From positions 31,166,957 to 31,230,956 of the forward strand of contig NC_057719.1 in the NCBI RefSeq assembly GCF_004010195.1: a stretch of DNA of 64,000 nt, given 5' to 3'. Below are positions 41,871 to 54,934 of this stretch, piece after piece; positions within the stretch are counted from its first letter, which is position 1, and the number at the start of each line of letters is the position of its first letter. The notes under the pieces are model-generated. The model ran no database searches and had not been told where the DNA came from. It saw nothing but the letters and a program-made list of their open reading frames with translations. The translations under genes were made by a program, and so were the position numbers. The stretch is from Chiloscyllium plagiosum (taxonomy: Eukaryota).

Positions 41871-42239
41871 ACCATGGTTTACCTTTCGTCAAAGACTTTA
41901 CGAATGTCCATGTGCACCACAACGCACCCCGCTTCACTTTGCATAATCTTTGCAAGATTGTTAACCAACGACTGGGCCCTTCTTTTGTTTGATATCTGTG
42001 GTGTGTAGTATGTGATCTGAGCGTTGAGCCTTCACGACTCTACAAAAAGTAAAACGTTATCTGGAATTCAAAACAAGAGAAGTGGCAGAATTCCATGGAC
42101 ACTTATTGGATCGTAGGCGGAACAAACGAAAATCCTCCAAACTCATCGACTTTCTTAACATCCCGATGAAAAGCTAGAAGCTTCCACCTGATGTTCCCCG
42201 TTCGGTAGAGTTGTTCAATGATCAGCTGATCTGAAAGGG

Positions 42240-42720
42240 ATATGCACTTGGACGATGTACGCCTGCGCATTGAATGCAGTAGTGGGGGGTGGGGCATGAG
42301 GGGTGTACATGGTCGCACTCGCGCGGGGGCGGGTTGGCAGTAACGGCTTTAACGGTCTGTGGTATGGAGGCGCGAGGTAAGTGGGTGATCGACACGTTAT
42401 GTCAGATAAGTAGCTGTAGGACGTGGTTGTACTGCCGTAGTTTGGTGCGTCTTGGCATTGTATGTATTCATTGCCACGGTCTCGCCGAACTTCCGCCGTG
42501 GCTGGGCCTTTTGTGAGTACTACTCGAGCCCGGGTTCTCCGGCCTGTAATGGGGAATGGGGGGTTTCAGCTTTGGGTCAGCGGCCGCTTGCTGCTTGGGT
42601 TGACGCCATTTCTCCGCGCGGCGGTGTCTTCCTGATGGTGGGCTCCTCACTAATGCGGTCGTGCGATCACATCTAAAAGATATAATTTCTTTCCTCCTCC
42701 GTGGCTTGGCGCATGAAGTC
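42240..42720 (+). promoter_or_regulatory. PRPF39: CpG-rich promoter / first-exon region of PRPF39
   Basis: Local CpG enrichment. NRF1-like GCCTGCGCA (~42261), GC box GGGGCGGG (42326-33), ETS-like ACTTCCG (~42489), YY1-like CGCCATTT (~42604). Confidence 0.75.
42364..42376 (+). CDS. PRPF39: PRPF39 exon 1 coding part (MEAR + G)
   Basis: ggtATGG in strong Kozak context, GAG|GTAAGT consensus donor at 42377. Phase 1 joins in frame to exon 2. Confidence 0.7.
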
Positions 42721-44309
42721 AGGCCATAGGATCTGTATCAGTTACTTTAGTTAGTTTTCAACATCTCTCTGTGAGAGTGCACCTGTTTCACTGAGTTTTA
42801 ATTTACAATCTCTTTGGGAAACCTAACCTTCCTCTCCAAGGGAAGGAGACGTAGAAAGCTGGCTACTCGAGCAATGAGTTCATTGCGAAGAAGAATCGAG
42901 TTAGAGTGGAAACTTTTTCTGTCTCCACACAGGCATCGGGGACCTACTGAATTTCTCTAACACTTCAGCTCAATTTCTATCCTCATTCTTTCAGGATTTT
43001 CAGCTGGGTAGCACTTAATTTGTTGTATTTCTAGGGGTCTATCGTTCTCAAAAGTGCTAACTACTCCAGCTTAAACACTGCAGAAAATAGGGACGTATAA
43101 CAGTTGTTTTGTTATTCAACAATGTTTTAGTAATTCAAGTCTGATTTTGGGACCATCTTGTGTTTTGCACTTTAGAATTGCAGGTCTGTTAGAGGTTTAA
43201 ATTTTAGTGTTCAGCAGAAAAATCTTTCACATTATCAGTTGGTTACACTTTTTAGCTTGTGGTTTGGATGATAACCTAAATTTTCCTATGGTTGATATTT
43301 GAGTAATGATTTAACAATATCTTGGCCCTCAGTTGAAGAATTTACTCATTTGCATTTATGCAATTATCATAAAATACCATGGCTTTCTGGGTACATTTTT
43401 ACATCATATGCAACTAAGCTACAGTGTTGGGACATGATCAGATTCAAAATAAAATTAAGGATCATCTTGAAGGAACAAGAGGCAGAGAGACTTTACAATG
43501 TGAGACTTAAGAGCTGATGACATGTCTGTCAATGAGCTGGAAATTCTCGTTATCTAAACGATCAGAAGTGGGATAACTTGAGGTATGAGGGTTATAGGAC
43601 TCAAATGAAGGAAGGATTGGGTCATAGAACTGGCACATGAGGATGAGCATTTGAGACTGCAGGCACTGCCTGTCTAGGTCAATGAGCACAGCTGATAAAA
43701 TGTGTGCACCAAAGTTCTGGATGATTTGAGGATTGTAGAATGTGAGGGGGTTAAACAAAGTGAAATGCTCATTATGACTGGTGCAATCAAAGTGGGTTGA
43801 AAAGATTGCCTCCTGCCCTGTGACAATTCTGGTTGTGAGAACATACTAGAGTTGTAGATGTTGAGAATTTGTTTCCCCATGATGTATGACCAGAAAGCAT
43901 AATCTGAGGAAGGATCAACAATTTAATAAAGACTAGAAGGGGGCTGAGAGATCAATGGGAGGGAGAGTTGGGGGGAAGGTAGCTGGGAAGATGATAGATG
44001 CAGATGGGGGGGTGATTGAGAGGTCAGTGGGGAGGGTGGAACGGATTGGTGGGAAGGAACATGGACAGGTCAATAGGGTGGTGCCAAGTTGGAGGTTTGG
44101 ATCTGGGGATGAGATAGGGATGGGGAGATTTAGAAACTAGTGAAGTGGATGTTGTTGATGCTGTTTGGTTGAAGGGTCCCAATGTAGTTCAGGGGGGTTG
44201 AAGTGTGAGTAGAGACATCATACTGCAACTATACAAGGTGCTAGTGAGACCAGATCTGAAGAACTATGAGCATTTTTGGTCTCTTTCTATAAAGAAAAAT
44301 GGTGCTGCA

Positions 44310-45612
44310 GTTGTGGGTATGTTCACCTAGCTGGGAAGTTGATTTGTAGACATTTCACCGCCTGTCTAGGTGACATAGAGTCATAAAGATGCACAGTATA
44401 GAAACAGACCCTTTGGTCCAACCTGTCCATGCCGACCAGAGGTCCCACCGTCCCACATCCCTCAAGCCTTTCTTTTCGTATACCCATCCAAATGCCTTTT
44501 AAATGTTGCAATTGTTCCAGACTCCACCCCTTCCTCTGGCAGCTCATTCCAACACGTACCACCCTCTGTGTCCCTTAGGTCTCTTTTATATCCTTCCCCT
44601 CTCCCCCTAAACCTATGCCTTCAATGGAGTTTCCTGTGAAGCGCTGCTGTACTGTCTTCTGGAATTTTTGGCTCTGTTCCAGTTGCCGGTTCCAGTAGTT
44701 CATTGTAGTGGCTGGTATATTGGTCTAGGTCTATGTGTTTGTTGTGGTTGAGTGCCATATTTCTAGAAATTCTCTGGCTGTCCTATATTTAGCTTGTCCT
44801 GTAATCGTTGTGTTGTCCCAGTTGAATTTGTGCTCCTTGTCATCTGTGTGTATGGCTGCTAAGGACAGCTGGTCATGGCATTTAGTGGCTAGTTGGTGTT
44901 GATGGATGTGGATTGCTAGTTGTCTGCCTGTTTGTCCTACTTATGGTTTCTGTGCAGTCATTGCTGAGAGGGTCTTTTGTCCAGGTTAATTGTTTGAGAA
45001 TGGATGTCGGTTTGTGGGCTGTCATGAATCCCTGTGATTGGAGAAGTCTGGCTGTCAGTTCAGAGCTGTATTTTTGTATAAGATTATTGGCTAGTGTGTT
45101 GGGTCGTGGCATATCCTTTTTGTGTTGCCTGTCAGCTAGGCATCTGTGGGTGAAGTTGCAGGGATGTTCATTCTTAGTGAATGCTCAATAGAGATGTTCT
45201 TCCTCTTTTCACGGGTGTGGGGTACTGCAGTGTGTAGCCCTTTTGAACTGGGTCCTAATGCAGCTTCGCGTGTGTGTGTGTGTGTGTGTGTGCTGCTGGA
45301 GTTCAGGATCTGGTCTGTGTGGCTTTTCTGTTTACTTTGAAGTTCATTTACCCTTCCGTGTTCTTTTTACCATCAAATCCAGGAATGGAAGTTGATTGAT
45401 CATTTCCTCCTCTCTCATAAATCTGATCCCTGTGATTTTGTTGTTGATAATCATGTCAGTGTTCTCGATTTCTGCTCTTAAAAATTTGTCATCTACATAA
45501 CTGATCCTGAGTTTGGGTTAGATTTGTAGGAGGGCAAATCAACTTGCCAGCCCAGTGAACATACACACAACCAAGGCAACCAGCAGCTGAGCTGCAAATC
45601 TTTACTCATACC
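44310..45612 (-). mobile_element. Poseidon-type PLE fragment with nested CR1 3' end (44377-44618) and a (TG)n tract (~45270-92)
   Basis: Minus-strand peptide SELTARLL..AHKPT..LKQL similar to the 10458 ORF. Terminal inverted copy 44311-47 / 45535-72. Confidence 0.75.
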
Positions 45613-47586
45613 TTTAAAGAAACATGTTTTATTGGAGCTAGTTAGAGAAGGTTTGCTGGTATAGAGGGATTGTCTTGTGAGCGAAGGCTAAACTGTTTGA
45701 GGTTCTACTCACTGGAGATTAGAAGAATAAGAGTTGATCTCATTGAAATGTGTAGGATTCTTACAGGGCTTGACAAGGTCAGTGCTGAGAGGATGTTTCC
45801 CTTCATGGAGAAATCTTAAACCACAGGACCATTTTTACCTGCTTATATTTTTAAAAAGGTAGCAATGTTATTGCTTTACACTTTACTGTGACTTTGGAAA
45901 ATATAAAAGATTAGTCTCATCAGTAGTCCCACAATTTGAGGATGAAATCTACTATGGGTTTCTACTGTGGGCATTCTTATTACTGAATAGATTGAATTTT
46001 GACCTGCAAATCTTTCGGCATGAGGTATTGGGTCCAGAATACTTCCTTTTCTTTGCTATTTCTCTGCTTCTAGGTATTATGATTGGTTAGTATTTGAAAA
46101 GTATACAGATATATTCCAGTGGAGGCAGTGTTTTTATCAATTTTAAGATCCAATGTAGATGAAAACCCTACATTTGAGATCAGTTTGTTCAATTTAGAAT
46201 ATTCAGATAATGTGATTTGTTCTAAGATGGGGGAGTAGTTGGTATCTGTAGTAGTTACCTACATTCCTCATATGTATGTTATTTGAATTCTGTTGAATTC
46301 CTCTCAAAGACCGATGGAAGCTACTATGCTCAGTGTCTCTCGGACGATAAACTTTCTAAAATCTTAGTATTTCTGAACACTGCATCTTTTGCTTTTGAGT
46401 GTAATTTAATATAAATACGGACAGAATATTTAAGAGTTAAATATATTGGTGTCTGTCTCATCAGTTCCAAAGTTTATTTTTACCAAGACTAAAAATCAAC
46501 ATGCTTAAATTCTCAAGTACCTATTACTTTTTGCTAGTTCTTCGGGAGAGAAAACGCTCCTTTGTAAATATTAGTAAGCTTATCCAACATGGGAGACCTT
46601 GGCTAACTGGCTTCAAAGGCAACCATTGACACAATGGTGCATTGCACTTGGCAGAGATAGATGTCACATGCCATTTAGATCAATACAAATTGAATGCTTT
46701 CATAACTAGCTTTCTTCTAACTGTATATACAGGTAGAGACATTTCCCTGCAGATCATCTTGCCTGAATATCGTACAAAATCATAAAGGAAAACTGTAAAT
46801 CACTTACAATGTGATGCATTGCCAGTAATTTTGAAGAAACCAGTCTTCTGTCCCTTTCAAACTTAACAATTCTCCAACATCTCAATTTTAAATGTTGTTC
46901 ACTTTCAGTACAAGCACAAATCCTATGCAAAGTGGCATTCTTTATTAAAATGTTTTTCTTCTTTACTATCTTTTATAAGAATACTAAAATGTTAAATGCT
47001 ACATTTTTCCAGTTGAATCAGACCTAGACTAAATGGCAAAAAGGGAATATTCTGATAGACATGTTACAGAGTTCATTTATCATTGTTTTTTATTATAACG
47101 CTTTGCATAAAAACTAGCTGCTGTCTTGACAGGCTTGTGTGCAAGTACTTAGTAATGCAAGGAAATTCAGCACATTCACTTGATCAGGAAAGAAGGATGC
47201 ATAAGTAGTAACATTCAAGACTCTTCGCAAACAAGGGAAGAAAATTCATTAATGGTATGCTATAATTAGCATCACTATTGCCTTTCTGTTGGGGGCTAGT
47301 GCAAGGCAATGTTTTCATTAGAAATAAAGCTGTTGGCTGGGAGATTTAGGAAAAATAACTCCTGTAGTGTGCGTTAGCAAAGCCATCATCGCAATTTTAG
47401 CTTAGAAACTAATCTTGAAATTGGAATGTTACCAGTCTTCTCTTCCCAGTTGGAATCTTTGCTTGAAGTGTCAAGGTTGTAGTGAGGACATTCCTTTTTT
47501 GGAAGATAGATTAACTGTTCAACAGTATTATTCCTAACATTTAATGATTTAGTCATGATTACTAATTTTTTATTTCCCTTTTTAAG

Positions 47587-48038
47587 ACTCTAATCAGACA
47601 CTGCCACCACAGAATGATGGACTTAAGTCTGCAGATGAATGTGATTTTCATAAAAGTATTTCGTCTACTGCTGATTCCCTTTCACATGAGCTGCTCAATC
47701 CAAACATGGAGTCTGCTGATGAAGCCATCAATTTGAAATCAAGAGGAGTGATTAGTGAGGATGAAGTTGATCAGACAACCAGTTTGAAGCCTTTTACAGA
47801 TTTGTCAGAAATATCTGTGGCTCAAGTTGAATCTCCTGAAGGATCCGCATCAATGGACACTGAATCTCAACCTGAGAATTCCCCACCTGAAGGAACAGTA
47901 GAAGAGATAGAAAATATAGAACTGAATGATTCAGGGATCCCCTTTCCTACAGAGTATGAAAAGTTTTGGAAAGTGGTTGAAGACAATCCCCAGGACTTCA
48001 CTGGTTGGACATACTTGTTGCAATATGTGGAACAAGAG
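47587..48038 (+). CDS. PRPF39: PRPF39 exon 2 (acidic N-terminus ...FPTEYEKFWKVVEDNPQDFTGWTYLLQYVEQE)
   Basis: Pyrimidine tract + AAG acceptor, open frame throughout, GAG|GTGAGT donor. The C-terminal part is the PRPF39 first HAT repeat. Confidence 0.92.
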
Positions 48039-48438
48039 GTGAGTAAGGCGATTGAAATGCTAGAAAGGAAGTAATCTTTCCTACAATCACTTAATGCATC
48101 TAGAAGTAGGTTGGTCTTCAGTATGCTAGTGGTGTCAGATTCGTGCAATCAGCTAGATTATTTCATTATTAACTACTATATCATTGATGCTCAACCATTC
48201 TTATCACCGATTTAAAACCGAACATTGTGGGGGATAGTCAGAGAACTGACAGTGACAGGAGCTTGATACCAAATAGTCAAGCTTATTTACCAAGCTTCTT
48301 CTTGCTTTGAATCCAAACACCTGAATAATGATACAGCAGCAGAAAAGAAATGAAAAAGGAAATTCTGCACTCTGCAGCCCACTACTTCAGGGTATCCTGT
48401 TTTGTCCTCAAAGACTGCCATGGTGACTCTAGTTCTTC

Positions 48439-48657
48439 TAGGAGAAAGTGAGGACTGCAGATGCTGGAGATCAGAGCTGAAAATGTGTTGCTGGAAAAGC
48501 GCAGCAGGTCAGGCAGCATCCAAGGAGCAGGAGAATCGACGTTTCGGGCATGAGCCCTTCATGAATTCCTGAAGAAGGGCTCATGCCCGAAACGTCGATT
48601 CTCCTGCTCCTTGGATGCTGCCTGACCTGCACTTTTCCAGCAACACATTTTCAGCTC
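48439..48657 (-). mobile_element. Palindromic PLE-derived mini-element with a + strand hammerhead (48563-48601)
   Basis: Perfect 15-bp TSD tgactctagttcttc at 48424-38 and 48658-72. CTGAAGA a GGGC tcat GCCC GAAA c GTC. Confidence 0.9.
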
Positions 48658-49617
48658 TGACTCTAGTTCTTCAAGGTTTATCTGAATTCTGTTAACTAGT
48701 TTCAAAAAGAACAGGAATATTTGTTTGACAGTCTTACCATTGAATCTGGGCACTATCTGAATGGAAGAAATTAACGTTTTAGGTCAATGGCCTTCCATTA
48801 GAACTATCATTGATGTGAAAATGGTAGTGGGACTAATTAGTTATGTTCTTGTCTTCATGCTGACAGACCTGCTGAGTGTTTCCACTATTTTCTGTTTTCA
48901 TTTTGATATAGCATTTTGCTTTTGCAGTCCCTGCAAGTTTATTTATATTGCACATTTATCATCTCTCATAGTGAAGTATAAAGGCAGTGAAGTAGGAGTT
49001 AAAATTTTAAAGGGCTTTCGATTTCAGGATTAGAGAGAATGTGGTTTCTACTGACTAGTAACTTGAGGATAAGAAAAAATAAAATGGAATTAAATGTGGT
49101 TCTGTTTTTTTAAAAAATGTCTTTCTAAACACTTTTTAAAAAATCTCGAATGTTTCCGAGGCACCTCACCATTTGTCAGCAACAAATATTCAGATTGTGT
49201 TCCGGATGCCTAAATTTACTTTTGTTCCTTTTCTGCTGCAGTCTGATCATTCGGGTGTTTAGATTCAAAGCATGATGCAGCTTGGGAAACAAGTTCTGAC
49301 CATTTGGTATAAAGTTCGTACCACTCATTGTCAGTCTGGTGTGCTTCAAAGAGAGCTTTGGAGTGTAAAACATTTTTGTTCTCTACAGGAGAAATAGCTA
49401 TTTGAGATTTGTCAAACCAAGATCTGCTAGGGAGAAGCCCCTTTCGGACTTCAGACAGGCTGTCCTGGTGACATTTGTAGTTGGTTTTTCTTCACAGGGT
49501 TGATCTGAATTCTTGAGAATCTGGTTTCAAGAAGAACAGTTAATTTAGTTGATGGTCCTCCCATTGAATCTAGCAGAAACACTCAGTGGAATTTCTTCTT
49601 TGCTGTTACATATTGCT

Positions 49618-49736
49618 AATGCAGACTGGGTCTCTCTGCAATGCAGACTGGGTCTCTCTGCAATGCAGACTGGGTCTCTCTGGCAATGCAGACTGGGTCT
49701 CTCTGCAATGCAGACTGGGTCTCTCTGCAATGCAGA
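49618..49736 (+). repeat. 22-bp minisatellite, ~5.4 copies (aatgcagactgggtctctctgc)
   Basis: Directly visible. One unit has an extra g. Confidence 0.95.
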
Positions 49737-50659
49737 TTGATGACCCCTCCTGTGTACACAAGATTTTTGACTTAGTTTTGAATATAAAAATGCAGTTTCT
49801 TTTTTAACTGGCTAGGCTACAACTAGAGAAATGCATCCAGTTTTGATCACATTTAAGTATGTGAAAGTGCTCGAGTGCAAAGGAGATTTGCCTGACTGGT
49901 TCTTGGGGTAAGGATGATATTAAATGAAAAGTCAAGTTTGAGAAGCTACAGTTATTTTCTCTGGAGCAAGAGCAATTGGTTTGATAACTTTTCACATTTG
50001 TGACCCTTTTAAGATAAAATGGACAAAAAAAGCTTTTCCATTATCTGGCAGTCCAAGAACTTAAAAACAAAAATAAGGTATTGGCAGGGGGTACAAGGGG
50101 GAAATGAAAAAAAATATTTTTTTAACTCAGTAGTTATGAGCTGGAACTTCCTGCCGGCAAGGATGGTGAGAGTTGAGCTTGTAAATAGGTTGGGCGAGTC
50201 CAGAACTAAAGGGCACAGGTTTAGGGTGAGAAAGGAAAGATTGAAAAGGGACGTAGGGGGCAATGTTTTCACGCGTTGTGCACATATGGAATGAGCTGCC
50301 TGAGGAAGTTATGGAGGCTAGTACAACTACAGCATTTAAATGGTATCTGTGTGGATATATGAATAGGAGGGGTTTAGAGGGATATGGGCCAAATGCCAGA
50401 AAAAGGAATGGATTTAGTTAGGATATTTGGTTGGTCCAACTTGTCCACGCCAAAGGGTCTGTTTCTGTGCTGTACGTCTGACTCTAAAAGTGGATAGACA
50501 GTCAAAGTAACAGACTTTCAGGGCCACTGAGATAGAATAGCAGCTTCACACAGCATAGTGGATGTGATGAGTTAAATTGCCACAATTACTGTTGTTGTAA
50601 AGCTTCCATAAGATGATTGAACGTCAGCAAAATAAATTGTGTATGAAATGGAAGATTGA

Positions 50660-51820
50660 AAGAACATAAGATGTAGAAGCAGAATAGACTGTTTAGTCCA
50701 TAGAGGAGTTCCAGCATTCGGTGAAATTATGTTAATCCGACAATCCTCAACTCCACTTTCTTGCCTTTCCCCATAACCGTTGATTCCTTTAACAATTAGA
50801 AATCTCTATCTTAGCCTTGCACCCTCCATAGCCCTCCTACAATGAAGAATTCTACAGATTCACCACCTCCAGAAAAAAATCCTTCAAGAAACAATGTCTC
50901 TGCACCAACCCTATCAAGCCTCTAAGAATCTTTTGTTTCAGGAAGGGTCTCCTCATTCTGCTGAACTCTAGTGGGTAAAAGCTCAACCTGTCCTCAAGTC
51001 TCTCTATACCTGGGATCGATCTAATTAACCTTCTCTGTACTGCCTCTAATGCCAATGTATACTTCTCCTAAAATAAGGGGACCAAAACTCTTCAGTATTG
51101 TGGAGTCAGACTGTTGCCTGTAAAATTTTGTTTTTTAGCAAGCCCTATTTTTCTATTCCATTCCCTTTTTGAAATAAAGGCCAGCATTCCATTTGTTTTG
51201 CCTATTACCCACTGAACTTGGCTTTGTGCATGAGAACACTGAAATACCTTTTGTGGTGGAGCTTTCTGCAGGCTCTACTGATTTTTAAATAATATGCACT
51301 CCATTCTTCATGCCAAAGTGTATAGCCTCCTGTTTCCTCAGATTCCATCTGCCAGGTTGTTGCCCACTCACTTAACCTGTATATATCTCTGCAGACTCCT
51401 TGTATAATCCTTGACACATTGCAGATGAGAGTGAGAAGACAAACTGGTGATGGAAGTGAATGTACTATCATCCAAATAATTAATATAATTGTCAGCATAG
51501 CACTGATCTCTGTGGTTCCTATCCTAAAAATTCCCTCTTTATCCCCATTCTTCTATTAACTTGTCAATAGTTGATTCATGCTCAATTAACCTAAGCTCTT
51601 AAGTAGCAATATATGGGAGCTTAATGCATGCCTTCTGGAAATCCAAATGTTGCACTTACTGATTTGCTTTTTTTTTTATATATCCTGCTTGTTACTTCCT
51701 TTAAATAATTCTAATAAATTTCAGTCATGATTTACCACTGTTGAAACCATGCTGACTCTGCTTGATCATCAGGTATTTCTGAATGTTCTGCTATTACATT
51801 CTTTGTAATAGACTCAGCAT
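50660..51820 (-). mobile_element. CR1 LINE fragment
   Basis: ALEAVQRRLIRSIPG peptide on the minus strand. Confidence 0.7.
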
Positions 51821-52651
51821 TATCGGCTCAATATTCAACTCTGGTGGAACCTTGCCCCTGTGAAGTTCTCCAATGTCTGATTTGATGTACTGTTTGCCTG
51901 ACAGCTGGTAGTGGTGGTGTGTGAATTTCTAAAAACAAAATCTTCAGTCTTCATGCAAACTCCCATTTCTTAGCCAGTGACCCCACTCTTCTGAGTTTGA
52001 ACCAAGTGATTTGTAATAGTGTCCTGTCTGATGCAAAGAGGCCAAAATCTAAGATTGTATAGTGTGATCAAATAGGGAGGAATTAACCTGAGGGATGTCA
52101 CCACTTCCTAGAAATTGGGTGGACACTTCTTTAAACACTAAAGCAGTAAAAAGTTTTAATTTTCACTGGTTGAGTGTATAATTTTGAGATTTAGATTCCC
52201 AGCATGCCAGGAGCAAATGCAGAATTTCACCCCAAAAAGCCAAGTTGCTCTGGTTAATGAGATAACACAAAGTTCTCAATTTTGTTTTTGCAGAAAATAT
52301 GCTCTAACTGCAATTATCAAAACAAAAAAACCTTTCTCAAATTAGAATAGTATCCCTACTATGTAAATCTGGATAAGTTAAACTGTCAGAAATAGCATTT
52401 GCCTACATTAAGGCATCAATTAGTTATTGCAATCTCAGTGACAAATAGAACACAACGCCATAAAATCAGTAATATGCTAGATTCTGCTACATTCATCAAT
52501 ACTAAATGTTAGCAGCCACTTCAAGTGCAGCAACAAAAATGCATATTGAGGGACGGAAGTTTCAAACTGCATTTTTTTTAATTGAATCTTCCATCAGTAA
52601 TCAACATTATCCATATAGGCAACATGCATTACCCTACCCTCTGTCACCTTA

Positions 52652-53232
52652 GGAGACAGTAAGGACTGCCAATGCTGGAAGTCAGAATCGATAGATGTGA
52701 AGTTGGAAGAGCACAGGAGGTCAGACAGCATCTGAAGAGAAGGAAAGTCCATGTTTCGGACAGAAACCCTTCGTCAGGTTACCAGCTCCTTTAATTTCTC
52801 CCTCCCACTCCCCCAGCAACATGTCCATCCTTGGTGTCTCCCCCCCCACTCTGTGAAGCCAAACTGAAACTGAAGGAACATCACCACATTATTTCGCATG
52901 GGAAGCTTACAGCCCAATGGCCTCAATGTCAACTTCACTGGCTTCAAAGTCCATCTGCCCCCAGCCTTATCTCATGTGTAGTCCTTCTGCCTCCTTCGCC
53001 TTCCTGACTTATTCCACCCTGTCCATTTTCCTGCTCGCCAATCTGCTCCAGCTTTCCCTCTAACCTGTCACAATAACCACCTCCATGTGTTCATCTATTA
53101 CCATCCCACCTACTCCTCCCAGCCCCACCCCACTCTTTATTTCTGGGCTTCCCTCCCCAGTACCAATAAAGGGTTTTGGCCCAAAACAGTGACTTGGCTG
53201 CTCCTTGGGAGCTGTCTGCCCTACTATGCTCA
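52652..53232. mobile_element. Neptune-type PLE remnant: inverted pLTR arm + endonuclease C-terminus + pyrimidine-rich 3'UTR
   Basis: Minus strand ctgacgaagggtttctgtccgaaac. Plus strand degenerate ..PSHSPSNMSILG..IFRMGSLQPNGLNVNF. Confidence 0.7.
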
Positions 53233-53792
53233 ATCACCATTTCCTCAAACATCGAAACTTGCGAGACAAGACCTGCCTGGCACAGTCATGCTAAATATCC
53301 CTAATAAGTCCATTCTTTTCCAAATGTGAATGAATCCTGCTCCTAAGAATCTTCTCCAATAATTACCCTGCCACTGACATAAGGCTCAACTGTCTATAAT
53401 TTGCTGGAGTATCCCTGTTGCCTTTTTTAAAAAAAAAAATACTGGCCATTCTTTAGTCTTCTGACATCTCACCTGTGGCTAAAGAGAACACCAAGATTTG
53501 TCATGGCCTCAGCAATCTTCTTCCTTACCTCCCTCAGCATCCTGGGTTAGATCCCCTTGTAAAAATTTCTGTTTTCTGAAATAAAACTGAGCCAGGATGT
53601 TATCTAGTATGACATTGATTGCTGAGAAAGAAGTTTCAGGTACTTATGAATTTTATTTCAAATCTTTGTCAGCACAAAATAGACAGGGCTCCTTCACCAA
53701 GAGCATTAAAGTTACATTATGTGAAGAAATATTGCTATGAGCCCATTTAGAGTAGTTTGTTTATTCTAGCTTTGGGAGAAACAAACCAATCA

Positions 53793-54098
53793 GGATGGCT
53801 CAGTGGTTAGCACTGCAGTCTCACAGCACCAGGATCCCAGGTTCGATTCCAGCCTCTGGTGACTGTCTGTGTGCAAACTGCATGCAGATATTCTCCCCGT
53901 GTCTGCGTGGGTTTCCTCCGGGTGCTCCGGTTTCCTCCCACAGTCCAAAGATGTGTTAGGTGCATTAGTGCATCTCATCCAAAAATGTGTTAGGCGCATG
54001 AGTCAGAGGAAAATGGGTCTGGATGGGTTACTGTTCGGAGGGTTAGTGTGGACTGGTTGGGCTGAAGGGCCTGGTTCCACACTGTAGGGAATCTAATC
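53793..54098 (+). mobile_element. V-SINE
   Basis: tRNA head, V-domain, aatctaatc tail. Confidence 0.85.
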
Positions 54099-54808
54099 AC
54101 CACTGCCATCCATTATGTGAAGAAACATGGTAGTAAAACTTACTGACGATACCAATAGCAACAATTTAGTAAATCTCCATGCAATTTCTATTATCTTTCT
54201 ATATTTGAGCTGTGTCCAAACCAGTAATTTTCCAAAGACGGAGTTACCTTTTTCAACTCCGACTACTGTAAGATTTACAATATCTAGGTTTTAATTATTC
54301 ACTTCCCTTAAAACATCTTTTCAAAGTGTAATCAAGATTTGCTCCAAAGAATAGCTCATGGCATGTACTGTATTAATAACCTTACAAGGGGTAAGCAAAT
54401 GAAATCGAAGACTCTCAGTTGATGTGTATCCTTTCTGCTCTGTTCTTGTTACTGAATCGAGCAGTATGAGGAACAGTAGAGAGGAGCTCAAGGTTTCCCT
54501 AGTACATGCTTTCTAGAGATTTTTATCTTCATCTCCTTGATTATTTGGTATTTTTGAAATGTTAGTATCTGAGTGTGAATGCTGATGCAAAATATTTATG
54601 CAATTCTTCTGAAATTTCTTTGCTCATTATTTCCCCAGCCTTGTTCTTTTAGATGTGAGGTTGAAATACCTGATGCCCAGACTGTTTTGAAAATTGCACA
54701 ATAAAAACAAATCAGTCGTAAACTAAGTTAATATATGATCATTAGAAACAAAGTGGTGTAATATGTGTACGTGAAACAGTAAGCTTAAATACTTTATCCT
54801 GTTTGCAG

Positions 54809-54934
54809 AATCATATCCTTGCAGCCAGAAAAGCTTTCGATCACTTCTTGTCCCACTATCCATACTGTTATGGCTATTGGAAAAAATATGCTGATCTTGA
54901 GCGGCGACATCACAATGTGAAACGGGCAGAAGAG
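54809..54934 (+). CDS. PRPF39: PRPF39 exon 3 ([42 protein letters not shown])
   Basis: tttgcAG acceptor, GAG|GTAACT donor, 126 nt. Hallmark [13 protein letters not shown] motif. Confidence 0.95.

Noticed and set aside
49618..49736. CRISPR-like palindromic repeat array
   Set aside because: Units are contiguous with no spacers, and the context is a eukaryotic intron.
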